NCBI GenBank assembly: GCA_965263035.1 | Contig: OZ253580.1 | Coordinates: forward strand, 2,688,001-2,752,000 | Direction: 5' to 3' | Source of the DNA: Acidobacteriota bacterium | GTDB lineage: Bacteria; Acidobacteriota; UBA6911; RPQK01; JAJDTT01 | DNA length: 64,000 nucleotides | In this document: piece by piece, positions 1 to 10,301 of the stretch | Position numbering within the stretch: the stretch's first letter is position 1 | Layout of the letters: each line of letters begins with the position of its first letter | Program-made: the position numbers and the translations under genes | The notes under the pieces: generated by a model | Seen by the model: only the letters and a program-made list of their open reading frames with translations | The model's database searches: none | What the model was told of the DNA's origin: nothing

Positions 1-465
1 CGAGTAGGTGGCCAGCAGCAAGTTGCGGCCAGCCCGGTCCACCACCAGGTGGCACGGAATGGCGCCGGCCGAAGGCTGGAGGTTCAAGAAGGAGAGGCGC
101 CCGCCGGCCGAGTCGATGGAGTAGGCGGAGACGGTCCCCGTCTTCCGCCCCTCGAACTCGGCGATCTCGCTGACGGCGTAGAGATAGCGGCCATTGGGAT
201 GAAGGGCCAGGAAAGAGGGGTTTTCGATACCCGGGACCACCGACAGCCGTTCCAGAGCTCCCGACTCGGGATCCATCCGGTAGGTGTAGATCCCCTCGCT
301 GCCGGTTCTGGTGTAGGTGCCGAAAAAGACGAGCAGATCTCCTCCGCTCTCCGGTTGTTCCATGGTTCCCACCTCTTCCCCAGTGCAGGATGCGGCTCCG
401 CCGATCAGAATCAGCAGAACCGCACCAACATTCTTCCATTGCTCCCAAGCCGGCCAACCTCTCAT
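1..465 (-). CDS. Lactonase family (6-phosphogluconolactonase-like) beta-propeller, probable lipoprotein; runs off the window start
   Basis: Manual translation gives MRGWPAW...LILIGGAASC (lipobox-like) then VFFGTYT..SEGIY..NPSFLALHPNGRYLYAVSE..PCHL, typical of the lactonase family. Confidence 0.8.
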   Translation of the reverse strand, partial: MRGWPAWEQWKNVGAVLLILIGGAASCTGEEVGTMEQPESGGDLLVFFGTYTRTGSEGIYTYRMDPESGALERLSVVPGIENPSFLALHPNGRYLYAVSEIAEFEGRKTGTVSAYSIDSAGGRLSFLNLQPSAGAIPCHLVVDRAGRNLLLATYS

Positions 466-646
466 GGCACCCCCGCACTGCTGGACCTCAGAACAAGGTT
501 GAAGACACGCAGACTCACTTTCTCTGCTTCGCGTTCTCCCAATCCTCACTCCTTGTTTCTCACTCCTTTCCGCCATGTTACCCTTTTCCGGCCCTCCCGT
601 CGGTCCCAGTCTCGGGGGGACGGAACCCGGACTTTTCGAGGACATC

Positions 647-2248
647 ATGCGGAACAGAATTCTCAACTCGATCGGAATCGCCGTCGCAATCGTTCTTCTG
701 ATCGACGTGGCCTCCCCGGGCCAGGCCGGGGCGTCGTCCCACGCCGAACGGATCAAGGGAGGCCGGGAACTCCACGACCCCGGGCTGCATCTCTTCCTGG
801 ACGACGAAGAGGTCCAGGATCGTCCCGGATTCACCCGGGTGGTTCAGAATCCGACCCGGATCCGCCGCGATCCGGTGTTGGTGCCCGACCGCCCCTGGGA
901 AGGACACGCGGTGCAGCTCTGGGGCTCGGTCCTCTACGACCGGGAGGAGAAGCTCTTCAAGATGTGGTACTTCTCCGCCAACACCCCCATGTACCGGCGC
1001 CTGGGGAGGGGATACCTCATCTGCTATGCCACTTCCCAGGATGGAATCAACTGGGAGAAACCCGACCTGGGTCTGGTGCCGGTCGACGGCTCGTCCGCCA
1101 ACAACGTCGTTTACCCCACGCCGGGAATGCCGGCCTCGTGGGGCATCGATCCCTGGGGGGTGGTCAAGGATCCTGATGAGCCCGATCCGGCACGGCGTTA
1201 CAAGATGGGCATGTATCAGCAACGCCCCACCGCCGCCGAGTCGGATCTGGAGCGCCCCGGTATGAATCGGGAACAGAAGAACCGGGCACGGAAGGTCTTG
1301 CTGCAGGCCATACGGGACCGGCACGGAATGTACGCCGCGTTCTCTCCCGACGGGATCCGTTGGACTCCGGGGGAGGAGATTCTGGTCCCCCGGGGCGGCG
1401 ACGCCGGAGCGCTGGTCTATGATCCCCTGGGCCGGCGCTACGTGGCCACGACCCGGCGGTACGGGACCATCATGGATCACTTCGTCGTGGGCTGGAAAGG
1501 GTATCGCCGCGTGATCGCCCTCTCCAGCAGCGAGGACTTCGTCCATTGGACCCCCCTGAAGACGATCCTCAAGCCGGACGATCTGGACCATCCCCGGGAC
1601 CAGATGTACGTCATGACCCCCTTCGCCTACGGGAACCAGTACATCGGGTTCATCGGCATGCTCCACTCCTCCACCGAGCTGGGGCCGACTCAACTGGCGA
1701 CCGCCCGCGATCTGGCCCACTGGCGGCGCGTCGGGCGCCGTCAGGAGTTCCTGCCGGTGGGTGCTCCAGGTAGCTGGGACGGGGCTTGGGCCACGCCCTC
1801 CGGGAACCCGCCGGTCCTGAAGGGAAACCAGCTCTATCTCTGGTATTCGGGCCGTCCCCAGGCCCATGGCACTTCCGGAATGTGGAAGAGCTCCATCGGC
1901 GTCCTGACCCTGCGCAAGGACGGTTTCGTAGCGTTGCGCAGCGGGATCCGCGGCGGTGACGTCATGACCGAGCCGGTGACGGTGACCGGTCCCAAGTTGG
2001 TCCTCAACGCCTACTCGTTCTTTGGCAGCGTCCGGATCCGAGTCATCCACGACGGCGCGGTGGCACCCGGTTATTCCTTCGAGGAATGCAACGCCCTGGA
2101 AAAGGGGGACGAGACCGGCTTTCCCCTCACTTGGGGGCCGGACCGGCAGGATCTCTCCCCCTTTGCAGGCAAGAGAATCCGCCTTCATATCCAGGCCGAC
2201 AACGCCACCAGCCTCTTCTCCTACCGCTTCGCCGCAGCGGCCGACTGA
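647..2248 (+). CDS. Secreted beta-propeller glycoside-hydrolase-like protein (GH32/GH43-like, uncharacterised)
   Basis: Signal peptide; LFLDD, PDRPWEG, Asp-box-like SQDGINW/SPDGIRW/SEDFVHW, LRKDGF motifs. Confidence 0.7.
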   Translation: MRNRILNSIGIAVAIVLLIDVASPGQAGASSHAERIKGGRELHDPGLHLFLDDEEVQDRPGFTRVVQNPTRIRRDPVLVPDRPWEGHAVQLWGSVLYDREEKLFKMWYFSANTPMYRRLGRGYLICYATSQDGINWEKPDLGLVPVDGSSANNVVYPTPGMPASWGIDPWGVVKDPDEPDPARRYKMGMYQQRPTAAESDLERPGMNREQKNRARKVLLQAIRDRHGMYAAFSPDGIRWTPGEEILVPRGGDAGALVYDPLGRRYVATTRRYGTIMDHFVVGWKGYRRVIALSSSEDFVHWTPLKTILKPDDLDHPRDQMYVMTPFAYGNQYIGFIGMLHSSTELGPTQLATARDLAHWRRVGRRQEFLPVGAPGSWDGAWATPSGNPPVLKGNQLYLWYSGRPQAHGTSGMWKSSIGVLTLRKDGFVALRSGIRGGDVMTEPVTVTGPKLVLNAYSFFGSVRIRVIHDGAVAPGYSFEECNALEKGDETGFPLTWGPDRQDLSPFAGKRIRLHIQADNATSLFSYRFAAAAD

Positions 2249-2310
2249 CGTCGCTTGGATTGTCTTCCCGTCAAACGTATCCTCGTGGGCGGGACGCGGA
2301 GACCAACGTC

Positions 2311-3237
2311 ATGAGCCGGACTTCAGGAGCGCACAAACGGACCAAGCCCGGAATGCTGGGCGCCGTGGACATTCCCTGGAACCCCGATTTTTCTCTGGAC
2401 CAGGAGCATTTCCGGGGATTGATCCGGCAACTGCAGACGCTGGGTGCCGGGCGGCTCTACATCATGGGAACGGCGGGCGAGGGCTACGCCATGTCGGACA
2501 CGCGCTTCCGTGAGGTGGTGGACGTGTTCGTCGAAGAGATGTCCGGCTCCGGCATCGAGGCCCAAGTGGGCGCCATCTCACTGTCCATGGAGCAGATCGT
2601 GGAGCGGCTCGAGTACGCCCATGGCCAGGGAATCCGATCGTTTCAGATCTCGCTGCCGGCCTGGGGCGCGCTGGACGACGCCGAGATGATGGCGTTCTTC
2701 AAAACCGTCTGCGGCCGCTTTCCCGACTCGGAGTTCCTGCACTACAACCTGGCGCGGACCAAGCGGGTCCTGACCGGCGACGATTACCGGATGATCCTGG
2801 ACGAGGTCCCCAATCTGGTGGCCAGCAAACAGAGCTCCACCGACATGAACCTGGTCCGGGACTGGATGATCAAGGCGCCCGAGATGCAGCATTTCATGCT
2901 CGAGACCTGCTTCGCCTACGCTTGCCAGTATGGAGAGTGCTCCCTTCTCTGCAGCATGCACGGGGCGTTTCCCCGTCTGACCCGCGAATACTTCGCCGCG
3001 GGCAGAGATGGAGACCTGGCGCGAGCGTTGGAGATCGCCGAGAAGTTCAGGCGCCACGGGGAAGGCCTCTTCGGTCACCTGAACCGGTCCATGATCGACG
3101 GAGCCTACGACAAGCTGATGGTCTGGCTGACGGACCCGACGTTTCCCATTCGCCTGTTGCCGCCATACGAGGGATTCACCGGCCAGGAGGCGAGAATCAG
3201 CCTGGAGTACTACCGCAATCAGCGCGGTGAGGCCTGA
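2311..3237 (+). CDS. Dihydrodipicolinate synthase family aldolase/lyase
   Basis: GTAGEGY motif, LHYN, Schiff-base Lys in ASKQS. Confidence 0.8.
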   Translation: MSRTSGAHKRTKPGMLGAVDIPWNPDFSLDQEHFRGLIRQLQTLGAGRLYIMGTAGEGYAMSDTRFREVVDVFVEEMSGSGIEAQVGAISLSMEQIVERLEYAHGQGIRSFQISLPAWGALDDAEMMAFFKTVCGRFPDSEFLHYNLARTKRVLTGDDYRMILDEVPNLVASKQSSTDMNLVRDWMIKAPEMQHFMLETCFAYACQYGECSLLCSMHGAFPRLTREYFAAGRDGDLARALEIAEKFRRHGEGLFGHLNRSMIDGAYDKLMVWLTDPTFPIRLLPPYEGFTGQEARISLEYYRNQRGEA

Positions 3238-3239
3238 AC

Positions 3240-4091
3240 ATGGGGAGCCACCGGACTTACAACGGCGTTTCCATCCCTGAGTTCATGTACGGGACCGCCT
3301 GGAAGAAGGAGGAGACGACCCGTCTGGTCAAGCTGGCCGTCACCAGCGGCTTTACCGCCATCGACACCGCCAACCAGATCATCCACTACGACGAGGCCCG
3401 GGTGGGAGGCACCCTGCTCGATCTGAGCCGCCAGGGAATCGAACGGGAATCCCTTTTCCTCCAGACCAAGTTCACATCCGCCGGAGGCCAGGACCATCGG
3501 ACCCCCTACGATGCGTCCGCGGACATCACCACCCAGGTGGGGCAATCCTTCCATAGTTCCCTCCAGCATCTGCACACCGATTATCTGGATTCTTACGTCC
3601 TGCACGGCCCCTACTCGCGGATGGGACTGGGGGCGGAGGACTGGGAAGTCTGGGCGGCCATCGAAGGGATCTACAAGTCGGGCGGGGCTCGAGTGATCGG
3701 GGTCAGCAACGTCAGTGAAGAACAACTCGACGAGCTCTGCCGGCGAGCGGAAGTCAAGCCCATGGTGGTGCAGAACCGGTGTTTCGCCGTCCTGGGATGG
3801 GACTACAGGGTCCGGGAGATCTGCCGCTCCCACGGGATCGTCTACCAGGGCTTCTCGCTCCTGACGGCCAATCGACAGTTCCTGTTTCACGCCCGGATAC
3901 GGGAGATCGCCGGCCGTCTGGGGGTCGGCCCCGCCCAGATCGTCTTCCGGTTCGCCCTGGAAGTGGGGATACAGCCCCTCACGGGAACCAGCAACCGGGA
4001 CCACATGGTCGAGGATCTGGCGGTTCGATCGTTGCGGCTCTCTCGGGAAGAGACCACGTTCATCGAGACCATTGCCCTGAGTCGGCCCTGA
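3240..4091 (+). CDS. Aldo/keto reductase
   Basis: YGTAW, IDTA, LQTK, DSYVLH, IGVSN motifs. Confidence 0.9.
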   Translation: MGSHRTYNGVSIPEFMYGTAWKKEETTRLVKLAVTSGFTAIDTANQIIHYDEARVGGTLLDLSRQGIERESLFLQTKFTSAGGQDHRTPYDASADITTQVGQSFHSSLQHLHTDYLDSYVLHGPYSRMGLGAEDWEVWAAIEGIYKSGGARVIGVSNVSEEQLDELCRRAEVKPMVVQNRCFAVLGWDYRVREICRSHGIVYQGFSLLTANRQFLFHARIREIAGRLGVGPAQIVFRFALEVGIQPLTGTSNRDHMVEDLAVRSLRLSREETTFIETIALSRP

Positions 4092-4097
4092 CGCGGC

Positions 4098-5426
4098 TTA
4101 CGCACCTCTGGGGATCGCCCAGTGGCCCTTCCGGTAGCTGCGGGCAAGCAGGCCGTCGGCCTCTTCGTCGCCGGAGATCCTCTCCGCCTCCGCATCGAAT
4201 TGGAAGGATCGACCCACCCTCACGGCGATGTTGGCCAGGTGACAGAGCGAGGTGGACAGGTGCGCCGTTTCGGCATCGGCGGTGAGGGCGGACTGACCTC
4301 GAATCGCTTGCACCCAGGTACTGAAATTGCTCGTCATGTCCATTCTCGGCATGACACCCGGCCGTTTGTCGAGGCGCTTGTTCTCCTCGTCCCAGAGCTG
4401 GAACCGGCCCCGGCGGCTGAAGAGCATCTTGCCTCCGGTTCCCAGAAACTCGACGCCGCCGTCCACGTCGTAGGGATGGTTGGCAGACCAGATCCTCATC
4501 TCGAAGACCAACTGCCTGCGGTCCCCGACTCCTCCCTTGCCCGGATAGTCGAAAGTCGCGGTGACCGTGTCGGGGAACTCCTGGTCGTCGTCGAAGAAGA
4601 ACTTGCCGCCGGCCACGGCCACTTGGGTGGGATGGAGGTCCAGTCCCAGGCCCCAACGGGCCATGTCGAACTCGTGCACGCCGTCGTTCCCCAGATCGCC
4701 GGTGCCGAAGTCGTACCACCAGTGCCAGGAATAATGGTGCCGGTTCTTCTGGAAGGGGACCATCGGAGCCGGCCCCACCCAGAGATCGTAGTCGAACCCG
4801 TCCGGCGGAGAACTGGGCCGCTCGCGGCCGATGTTGCGCCGCTTCTGTACGTTCCAGGCCCGGGCGATGAGCACGTCTCCGATGACCCCGCCGTGCAGCA
4901 TTTGCACCGCCTCGACGAACCCCCGGCTGCTGCGGGCCTGGGTCCCGTGCTGGAGGACACGACCGGAACGCCGTGCGGCTTCCACCAGGAGTCGCCCTTC
5001 TCGGAGATTGTGGGAGCATGGCTTCTCCAGGTAGACGTGCTTGCCGGCATCCAACGCCATGATCGCCGCCGGGACATGCCAGTGGTCCGGAGTCGCAATG
5101 GTCACCGCGTCGACGGCGGGGTCGTCGAGAATCCTCCGCAGGTCGTCCACCGGCTCGGCGCCTCCCGCCTCGGTGGAGGCCTGAGCGCGCCGGTTCTCGT
5201 CCGGGTCGCACACGGCGACGATTTCGGCATTGACCCCTTGGGGAAACCGGCCGATATGGGAGCGCCGGCCCTGGCCTCCGCAACCGATGACCGCGTAGCG
5301 GATTCGGTCGTTGGCGCCGGCCGCGCCAGCCGGGACCGAGGTCAGAACCGGCGAAGTTGCGGCAAGTGTGGCCACGGCCCCGGACCCCTTCAAGAATTCC
5401 CGCCGGTTGACTTCACTTCTTGTCAT
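4098..5426 (-). CDS. Tat-exported Gfo/Idh/MocA oxidoreductase
   Basis: NRREFLK Tat signal, GCGGQG, TPDHWH, EKP. Confidence 0.9.
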   Translation of the reverse strand: MTRSEVNRREFLKGSGAVATLAATSPVLTSVPAGAAGANDRIRYAVIGCGGQGRRSHIGRFPQGVNAEIVAVCDPDENRRAQASTEAGGAEPVDDLRRILDDPAVDAVTIATPDHWHVPAAIMALDAGKHVYLEKPCSHNLREGRLLVEAARRSGRVLQHGTQARSSRGFVEAVQMLHGGVIGDVLIARAWNVQKRRNIGRERPSSPPDGFDYDLWVGPAPMVPFQKNRHHYSWHWWYDFGTGDLGNDGVHEFDMARWGLGLDLHPTQVAVAGGKFFFDDDQEFPDTVTATFDYPGKGGVGDRRQLVFEMRIWSANHPYDVDGGVEFLGTGGKMLFSRRGRFQLWDEENKRLDKRPGVMPRMDMTSNFSTWVQAIRGQSALTADAETAHLSTSLCHLANIAVRVGRSFQFDAEAERISGDEEADGLLARSYRKGHWAIPRGA

Positions 5427-5803
5427 TGAGCCTCCTCTGCCCGCGTCAGCCGCTTGGCGCCGAGACCGAAGCGGCTCAACGGACTCTCAGGATTGTCTTC
5501 CTACTCTACAACCTGGGCCAAACGTTACCACGGCCGGCTCCGGCGAGGAGCGGAACACTTTTACTCGAGTTATTCCGCAGACGGGAGTCACGTTTCTTCC
5601 AATTTAATTAAGGACCACATGGTCAGCCACAGTCAGCTCGGAGCGAGGGCCAAAGTGGAAGACCCGACAGACGGAATCCGGCGCCCAATAGGAACGACTC
5701 CAAAGAACTTGAAAAGCCAGGATGTCCGGCTCGGGGCGAACGCCGACCGGCTCCCGGGGGGATTCGAACGCAAGCTGCATCCCGGCGGCCCGCGCGGAGG
5801 TTC

Positions 5804-5889
5804 GCCCAATCGGGGGACTCGAACCCACAGGGAGGGGAACCTCCTCAGGAACTTCGGTCCTGCGTGTCTGCCAATCTCGCCAAAGGAGG
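5804..5889 (-). pseudogene. Degenerate class II (Leu-like) tRNA / tRNA-like element
   Basis: Minus strand TGGCGAGATTGGCAGACACG-CAGGA-CCGAAGT-TCCTG-variable arm GGAGG/CCTCC-GTGGG-TTCGAGT-CCCCC; acceptor stem only 5/7 paired, C at position 33, no CCA. Confidence 0.55.
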
Positions 5890-5899
5890 TGGACGGTCG

Positions 5900-6853
5900 A
5901 TGATCCCAAAACAACGTCACTGCGAACTCCAACTCAAACCCTTCGGTTGGACTGGCCGCGAGGCCGAGTGGATCGCCTTGGTCTGCCGGCATAGCGGCCT
6001 GTTCACCCATTCCCAATTCTGCACCTACTTGGGCGCGCGGCCCAATCGGGCGCGCCGGTTCGTCCGCTGCTTGCAGGATCGCCGCCAAGCGGTCGAAGTG
6101 AATCTGGACGGTCTCCCGGCTGCCGCCCGACCCTGCCGGATCTCGGGCAAAGCCATCTACCGCGCACTGGGCATCGAGAACGTGGGCCACCGCCGCGCCG
6201 CCTCCGCTCTTGTCCTGATGCGGCGACTGCTGTCTCTCGACTACATCCTGGAGCATCCGCGGCAGCCGTGGCTCACCTCTGAACAGGAAAAAGTCGCCGT
6301 CTTCGATGACTTCGACATACCCCGTCAGACCCTCCCTCGTCGTTACTACACCGGAAACAAGGCAGTCTGGGGCCGTTACTTTGCCCTGAAGCTCCCCATA
6401 TCCATCGCGCCCGAGACCATCACCTTCGTCTACGTGGATCCCGGCTACGACACCGACCGAAACCTGACGACCTGGGGATCGAGTCACGCGCCACTCTGGC
6501 GGGCCCTGCGCCGGAAGGGCCGCCGGATCCGGGTCGTCGCCGTCGCGCGTGGCGAAACCCGGTTGGGGCGGGCCAGCGAGGTCTTGAGCCGCTGGACTCA
6601 AGGATACTGGCCGACGGGCCAACAGCCCCTCACGCCCGACGAGGAGCAGGAGATAGAAGAAATTCGCCTTGCTTTCTTTCGTGGAGACTGGCCGGCATTG
6701 GATCGTTGGGGAGGGCCCCAAGCGGCACTCTTCCACCAGCGCGACCTGAGGCGCCGGCCGTCGTTCGAGGATTCCACATCCGGATTCCGGATTGATCGGG
6801 CGGACGCCTGGCGCTCGCTGCGGTTGTCGTTCCCGAGGGCAACCCTCAGCTAG
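5900..6853 (+). CDS. Hypothetical protein, probably mobile-element associated
   Basis: Strong SD AAGGAGGT before the ATG, 317-codon ORF with a GWTGREAEWIALVC..HSGLF N-terminus; island context. Confidence 0.6.
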   Translation: MIPKQRHCELQLKPFGWTGREAEWIALVCRHSGLFTHSQFCTYLGARPNRARRFVRCLQDRRQAVEVNLDGLPAAARPCRISGKAIYRALGIENVGHRRAASALVLMRRLLSLDYILEHPRQPWLTSEQEKVAVFDDFDIPRQTLPRRYYTGNKAVWGRYFALKLPISIAPETITFVYVDPGYDTDRNLTTWGSSHAPLWRALRRKGRRIRVVAVARGETRLGRASEVLSRWTQGYWPTGQQPLTPDEEQEIEEIRLAFFRGDWPALDRWGGPQAALFHQRDLRRRPSFEDSTSGFRIDRADAWRSLRLSFPRATLS

Positions 6854-6959
6854 TTCGCGTTGCGGCAGTCGATTCCGCAGTCCCGGGTCAGATTCATTTG
6901 GTTGTCTCTGATAGTACAAGGGAAACCCGGGTCCCAAAGCCTGAGGCAGGACTACATTC

Positions 6960-7502
6960 CTAGAATACATAGCCGACTCCGACCGTGGAACGGAACATGG
7001 GAACCAGGCCGATGCGGACTTCCGGAGCCACGAAGAAACTCTTACCCAGGAACAACCGGACGCCCAGCCCCCCAGTGAAGTTGATATTTCCTTGGTGGTC
7101 CCACTCGAACTCGGGCAGCGTGGCGTCGAAATGATGCCTCGGGTTGGGAAGCCGTGCCCGATACAGAGTGAATCCGACCCCGACGACCAGATAGGGACTG
7201 ATGCGTCGGTGCGGCGAAAACTCATACTCGATGACGGGAGTAACCAGCAGAGCTTGCGTTTTGTAGATTTGGTATTTCCCGTACATGTCAGCGTGCAAAA
7301 CTTCCACGCCGCCGCGGACGTGTGAACCTGCGGGACCGGTGATGGTAGCGCCCCCTAACCGGGCATGGGGAGACACATCATCCAGCCCGAGCATGTACCC
7401 CAACTGCCCTCTCAGGTAGAGCTTGCGTTTTTCCCCGGACACAGGCTGCAGAAGGAATGATGAGACAGTGACGAAAATCAGAATCACCCGTGCAGATGGC
7501 AT
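6960..7502 (-). CDS. Outer-membrane beta-barrel protein
   Basis: Signal peptide, PYLVVGVG, amphipathic strands, C-terminal GVGYVF. Confidence 0.75.
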   Translation of the reverse strand: MPSARVILIFVTVSSFLLQPVSGEKRKLYLRGQLGYMLGLDDVSPHARLGGATITGPAGSHVRGGVEVLHADMYGKYQIYKTQALLVTPVIEYEFSPHRRISPYLVVGVGFTLYRARLPNPRHHFDATLPEFEWDHQGNINFTGGLGVRLFLGKSFFVAPEVRIGLVPMFRSTVGVGYVF

Positions 7503-7789
7503 AGGCCGCTCCTCTCAGTCGTTCGCAAACGGCGTTTTGTAAAGCCCACGTATATGGAAAACCGAAGATTGATTCGTGCCCGATGCGGAACTGGGGAGCG
7601 ATGAAAAATCGGTCATTGACCCAGACTTAGACTCCCATTCCCCATCCCAGGCCTCCCCAAGCTATTCCGGAGCTTTTGATCCTCCCTCGTAACGACAGCT
7701 GCCAGGAAATGCGATTTCTTCGCCTGAATTGGCTCACCGAGGCGGTTCAGATACGGATCACCCGGACGGTTTGAGTATTGTCACCAGCT

Positions 7790-8603
7790 TCGAGAACAAC
7801 ACCGTCGAGGGAAAGATGTTGGACCTTCTCCACACCAAACGGCAGTCGATCCGCGACGCGCTCGAGGACGACGCGGTCTTCAACGTGGTCGGTGAGGTGT
7901 TGCCAGCCCAGCGGGTCGAGACGGTCCTTCGGGATTACTACGCTCGAAAGCTGGGAGACGAAGACCTGGAAGAGAGGCTCCTCCGGAACGCGGACGAAGG
8001 CCGGTTCCAGAAGATCTGCCAGACCGCGCTGGAGGGACTCGCGTCCAAGCAGCTGAATCCGGACATGCTCGTCAAGAGACGGGCAAGGGCGCAGGAGCGG
8101 CGGATAGTGCCGAAAACCACCGCGCACGCTTCCTGAAAGATGCCGCGGCGCAGGCGGACTTCTCGCTGAAGCCGGTGCGTCGGCTGCCGCACACCTTCCA
8201 GCCAGGAAAAACTCCGCTCCTGGTGATGGACTATGAGCTCGGGCCCGATTGGCGGCTTGCCGAAGTTTCCCCACGGTACCCGCGCCTGTCGACCGATCGT
8301 GACCCGGCCACGCGCCACAACCTGGGATGGGTCACGCCCCGGGCACGAGATGTGAAGCGGATCCGCGTACATGTCGAGCTGGCGTTGAGCGAAGTCCTGC
8401 AGCGGACAGACAACGAGATCGGCCGGACTCACGAAGACACCGAGAATGGTGTGCCCGGAACGAAAGGACGGCTGGCCCAGGCGGAAGCCCGTCACGCCGA
8501 GGTCACTGCGCCTCGCCATCGGCGCCGGGGCGAGTTGGAGAAACAGGCCGCAATCACCCTTCAAGGCGTGGAGAGGCTTGCGAGTGCGCTGATTCTGCCA
8601 CGG
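7790..8603 (+). pseudogene. C-terminal remnant of an SNF2-like helicase, frameshifted and truncated
   Basis: NTVEGKML..K..IRDAL..DAVFNVVGEVL resembles the post-helicase region; frame break near 8125; no N-terminus; ends at the repeat at 8604. Confidence 0.55.
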
Positions 8604-8634
8604 GCGCGAGAACGGGACTGTCCCCATCACGCGC
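8604..8634 (+). repeat. Palindromic junction repeat, copy 1 (variant)
   Basis: GCGCGAGAACGGGACTGTCCCCATCACGCGC. Confidence 0.8.
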
Positions 8635-8889
8635 TTCGTAGGGTCCGTCCTCTCCCCAACGAAAACAGATCCGCCACTGCGCATTGATTCGGATGCCGTA
8701 CTGGCCGGCCCGTTTGCCTCGCAGCGCTTCCAGGCAGTTGCTGGGTAGCCCCGCCAGGTCCCGAAGGGACTCCGCATTGTCCAACACGATGAGACGTCGC
8801 ACGGCCTGATCCGCGAATCCCTGAAACGCCGCCACTCGACGGCCCTCGAAGAAGCGCCGAGTATTTCGGTCGCTGAAGCTTCGGATTAT
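8635..8889 (-). pseudogene. higB: HigB (RelE-family) toxin pseudogene
   Basis: IRSFSD..TRRFFEG..LPSNCLEALRGKRAGQYGIRINAQWRICFRW; start codon reads ATA; C-terminal VDYH lost at the repeat. Confidence 0.8.
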
Positions 8890-9043
8890 AGAGTGTCAGG
8901 GTAACCGGTTTTATGATAGCCGTAAAGCGTAACGAACGTAGCGGTGCCGAACTCGGGAGAGGGTGTAGTAGAATTCCACCGCATGATTCCCCGCAATCGC
9001 CGGCCCGGCAGTCTCCCAACTTGGTTTGTTGCACTCGCTGCTC

Positions 9044-9075
9044 CAGGCCGAGAACGAGACTGTCCCCATCTCGCG
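9044..9075 (+). repeat. Palindromic junction repeat, copy 2
   Basis: CAGGCCGAGAACGAGACTGTCCCCATCTCGCG, identical to 10472-10503. Confidence 0.9.
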
Positions 9076-9135
9076 TGACCTTCCGCTTCAAGGACGGCGC
9101 GGCGGTCGATGTGGACTACGTGGACTTATCACTGA
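9076..9135 (+). pseudogene. higB: C-terminal fragment of a second HigB toxin
   Basis: (V)[16 protein letters not shown] then a +1 frameshifted YH-stop, directly upstream of higA. Confidence 0.7.
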
Positions 9136-9149
9136 GGAGCAGACCGATC

Positions 9150-9437
9150 ATGACTATGCACAACCCGCCGCATCCGGGCGGCATCGTGAAGCGGCAGTGC
9201 CTCGAACCGCTGGGTCTGACCGTAACCCGGGCCGCCGAGGGTTTGGGCGTCACCCGGCAGGCGCTTTCGGAGTTGGTGAACGGGCGAACGGGAATCTCGG
9301 TAGAGATGGCGATACGGCTGTCGAAGGCCTTCGGTTCGACGCGCGAGACCTGGCTGGGGATGCAGATGGCCTACGATCTCTGGCAGGCCCGCGGCCGCGC
9401 CGAAGAGATCGCGGTGGAACGCTTTGTGGCGGCGTGA
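9150..9437 (+). CDS. higA: HigA antitoxin (HTH-XRE)
   Basis: [44 protein letters not shown]; SD GAGGAG. Confidence 0.9.
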   Translation: MTMHNPPHPGGIVKRQCLEPLGLTVTRAAEGLGVTRQALSELVNGRTGISVEMAIRLSKAFGSTRETWLGMQMAYDLWQARGRAEEIAVERFVAA

Positions 9438-9630
9438 TTGAGTCACTTGCCCTTGGGAGCATCGTCGTCTCCGCAAGGCTGGCGACCGTTGTGGCCATCT
9501 CGATTTGTCAGGTTCTCCCTCCAATGGCTCAATACCTTCTTCGTACTTCTCACAAACACCTGCTACACCCAGCTCCCGAAGCGTCCCCAAGTCCTGTTCA
9601 GAAGTTTCGTGACAACTGGCGGTGCTGAGC

Positions 9631-10095
9631 ATGAACGACCTGCAGGTACGGACTGAACGCATCCGGATCGACGCACCGGTCGGTTTGGTCTGGGAGGTTC
9701 TGACAGACGTTGAGAGATACGGTGAGTGGAATCCGTTCACGCCGCAGGCACGGACCGATTTCAGGGTCGGTTCGCACGCTCATCTGCTGGTCAGGATGGG
9801 GCCGGCGGAGGTGCGAATCACCGAGACCGTCTCCGCGTTCGAAGCACCCCGGCTCATTGCTTGGGGAAAGGCATTCGGAGCGCGCTGGCTCCTGGCTGCA
9901 ATGCGGGAGCAGCATCTGGAACCCGCGAGCGAGACGATCTGCTTTTACCACAACACGGACCGATTGACCGGCGTGCTTGCGCCGCTGGTGTTGCTTTGTT
10001 TTGGCGGTTTTATGCGTGCCGGTTTCACCGATGTCGGCGAAGGGTTGAAGCGTCGATCGGAGGCGCTGTACAAGAGCTCGAAGCCGCGTGGGTGA
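9631..10095 (+). CDS. SRPBCC (polyketide cyclase/START) domain protein
   Basis: IDAPVGLVWEVLTDVERYGEWNPF. Confidence 0.85.
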   Translation: MNDLQVRTERIRIDAPVGLVWEVLTDVERYGEWNPFTPQARTDFRVGSHAHLLVRMGPAEVRITETVSAFEAPRLIAWGKAFGARWLLAAMREQHLEPASETICFYHNTDRLTGVLAPLVLLCFGGFMRAGFTDVGEGLKRRSEALYKSSKPRG

Positions 10096-10192
10096 CGATC
10101 TTCGAGGGAAACGATCGAGTGATCGATGCGCTTGGCGACTTGCAGGCCGCCCTCAAACGCATCGTCAAGTAGGACACCTTCGGAAGTGAAAT

Positions 10193-10269
10193 TGGTGGAG
10201 ACGATGGGATTCGAACCCACGACCTCCTGAGTGCGATTCAGGCGCTCTTCCGAGCTGAGCTACGTCCCC
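10193..10269 (-). tRNA. tRNA-Ala(CGC)
   Basis: Full cloverleaf GGGGACG..anticodon loop ATCGCAC..TTCGAAT..CGTCTCCACCA, with G3:U70. Confidence 0.97.
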
Positions 10270-10284
10270 ACCTGAGAGGGGCCT

Positions 10285-10293
10285 ATCTTAACA
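10285..10293 (-). promoter_or_regulatory. Extended -10 promoter of tRNA-Ala
   Basis: TGTTAAGAT (TGn-TAAGAT) just upstream of the tRNA. Confidence 0.5.
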
Positions 10294-10301
10294 GAGAACC
10301 T

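Noticed and set aside
5430-10192. An intact integrative element or prophage at tRNA-Ala
   Set aside because: No integrase, no clear duplicated tRNA-Ala 3' end and no phage genes; only remnants are present
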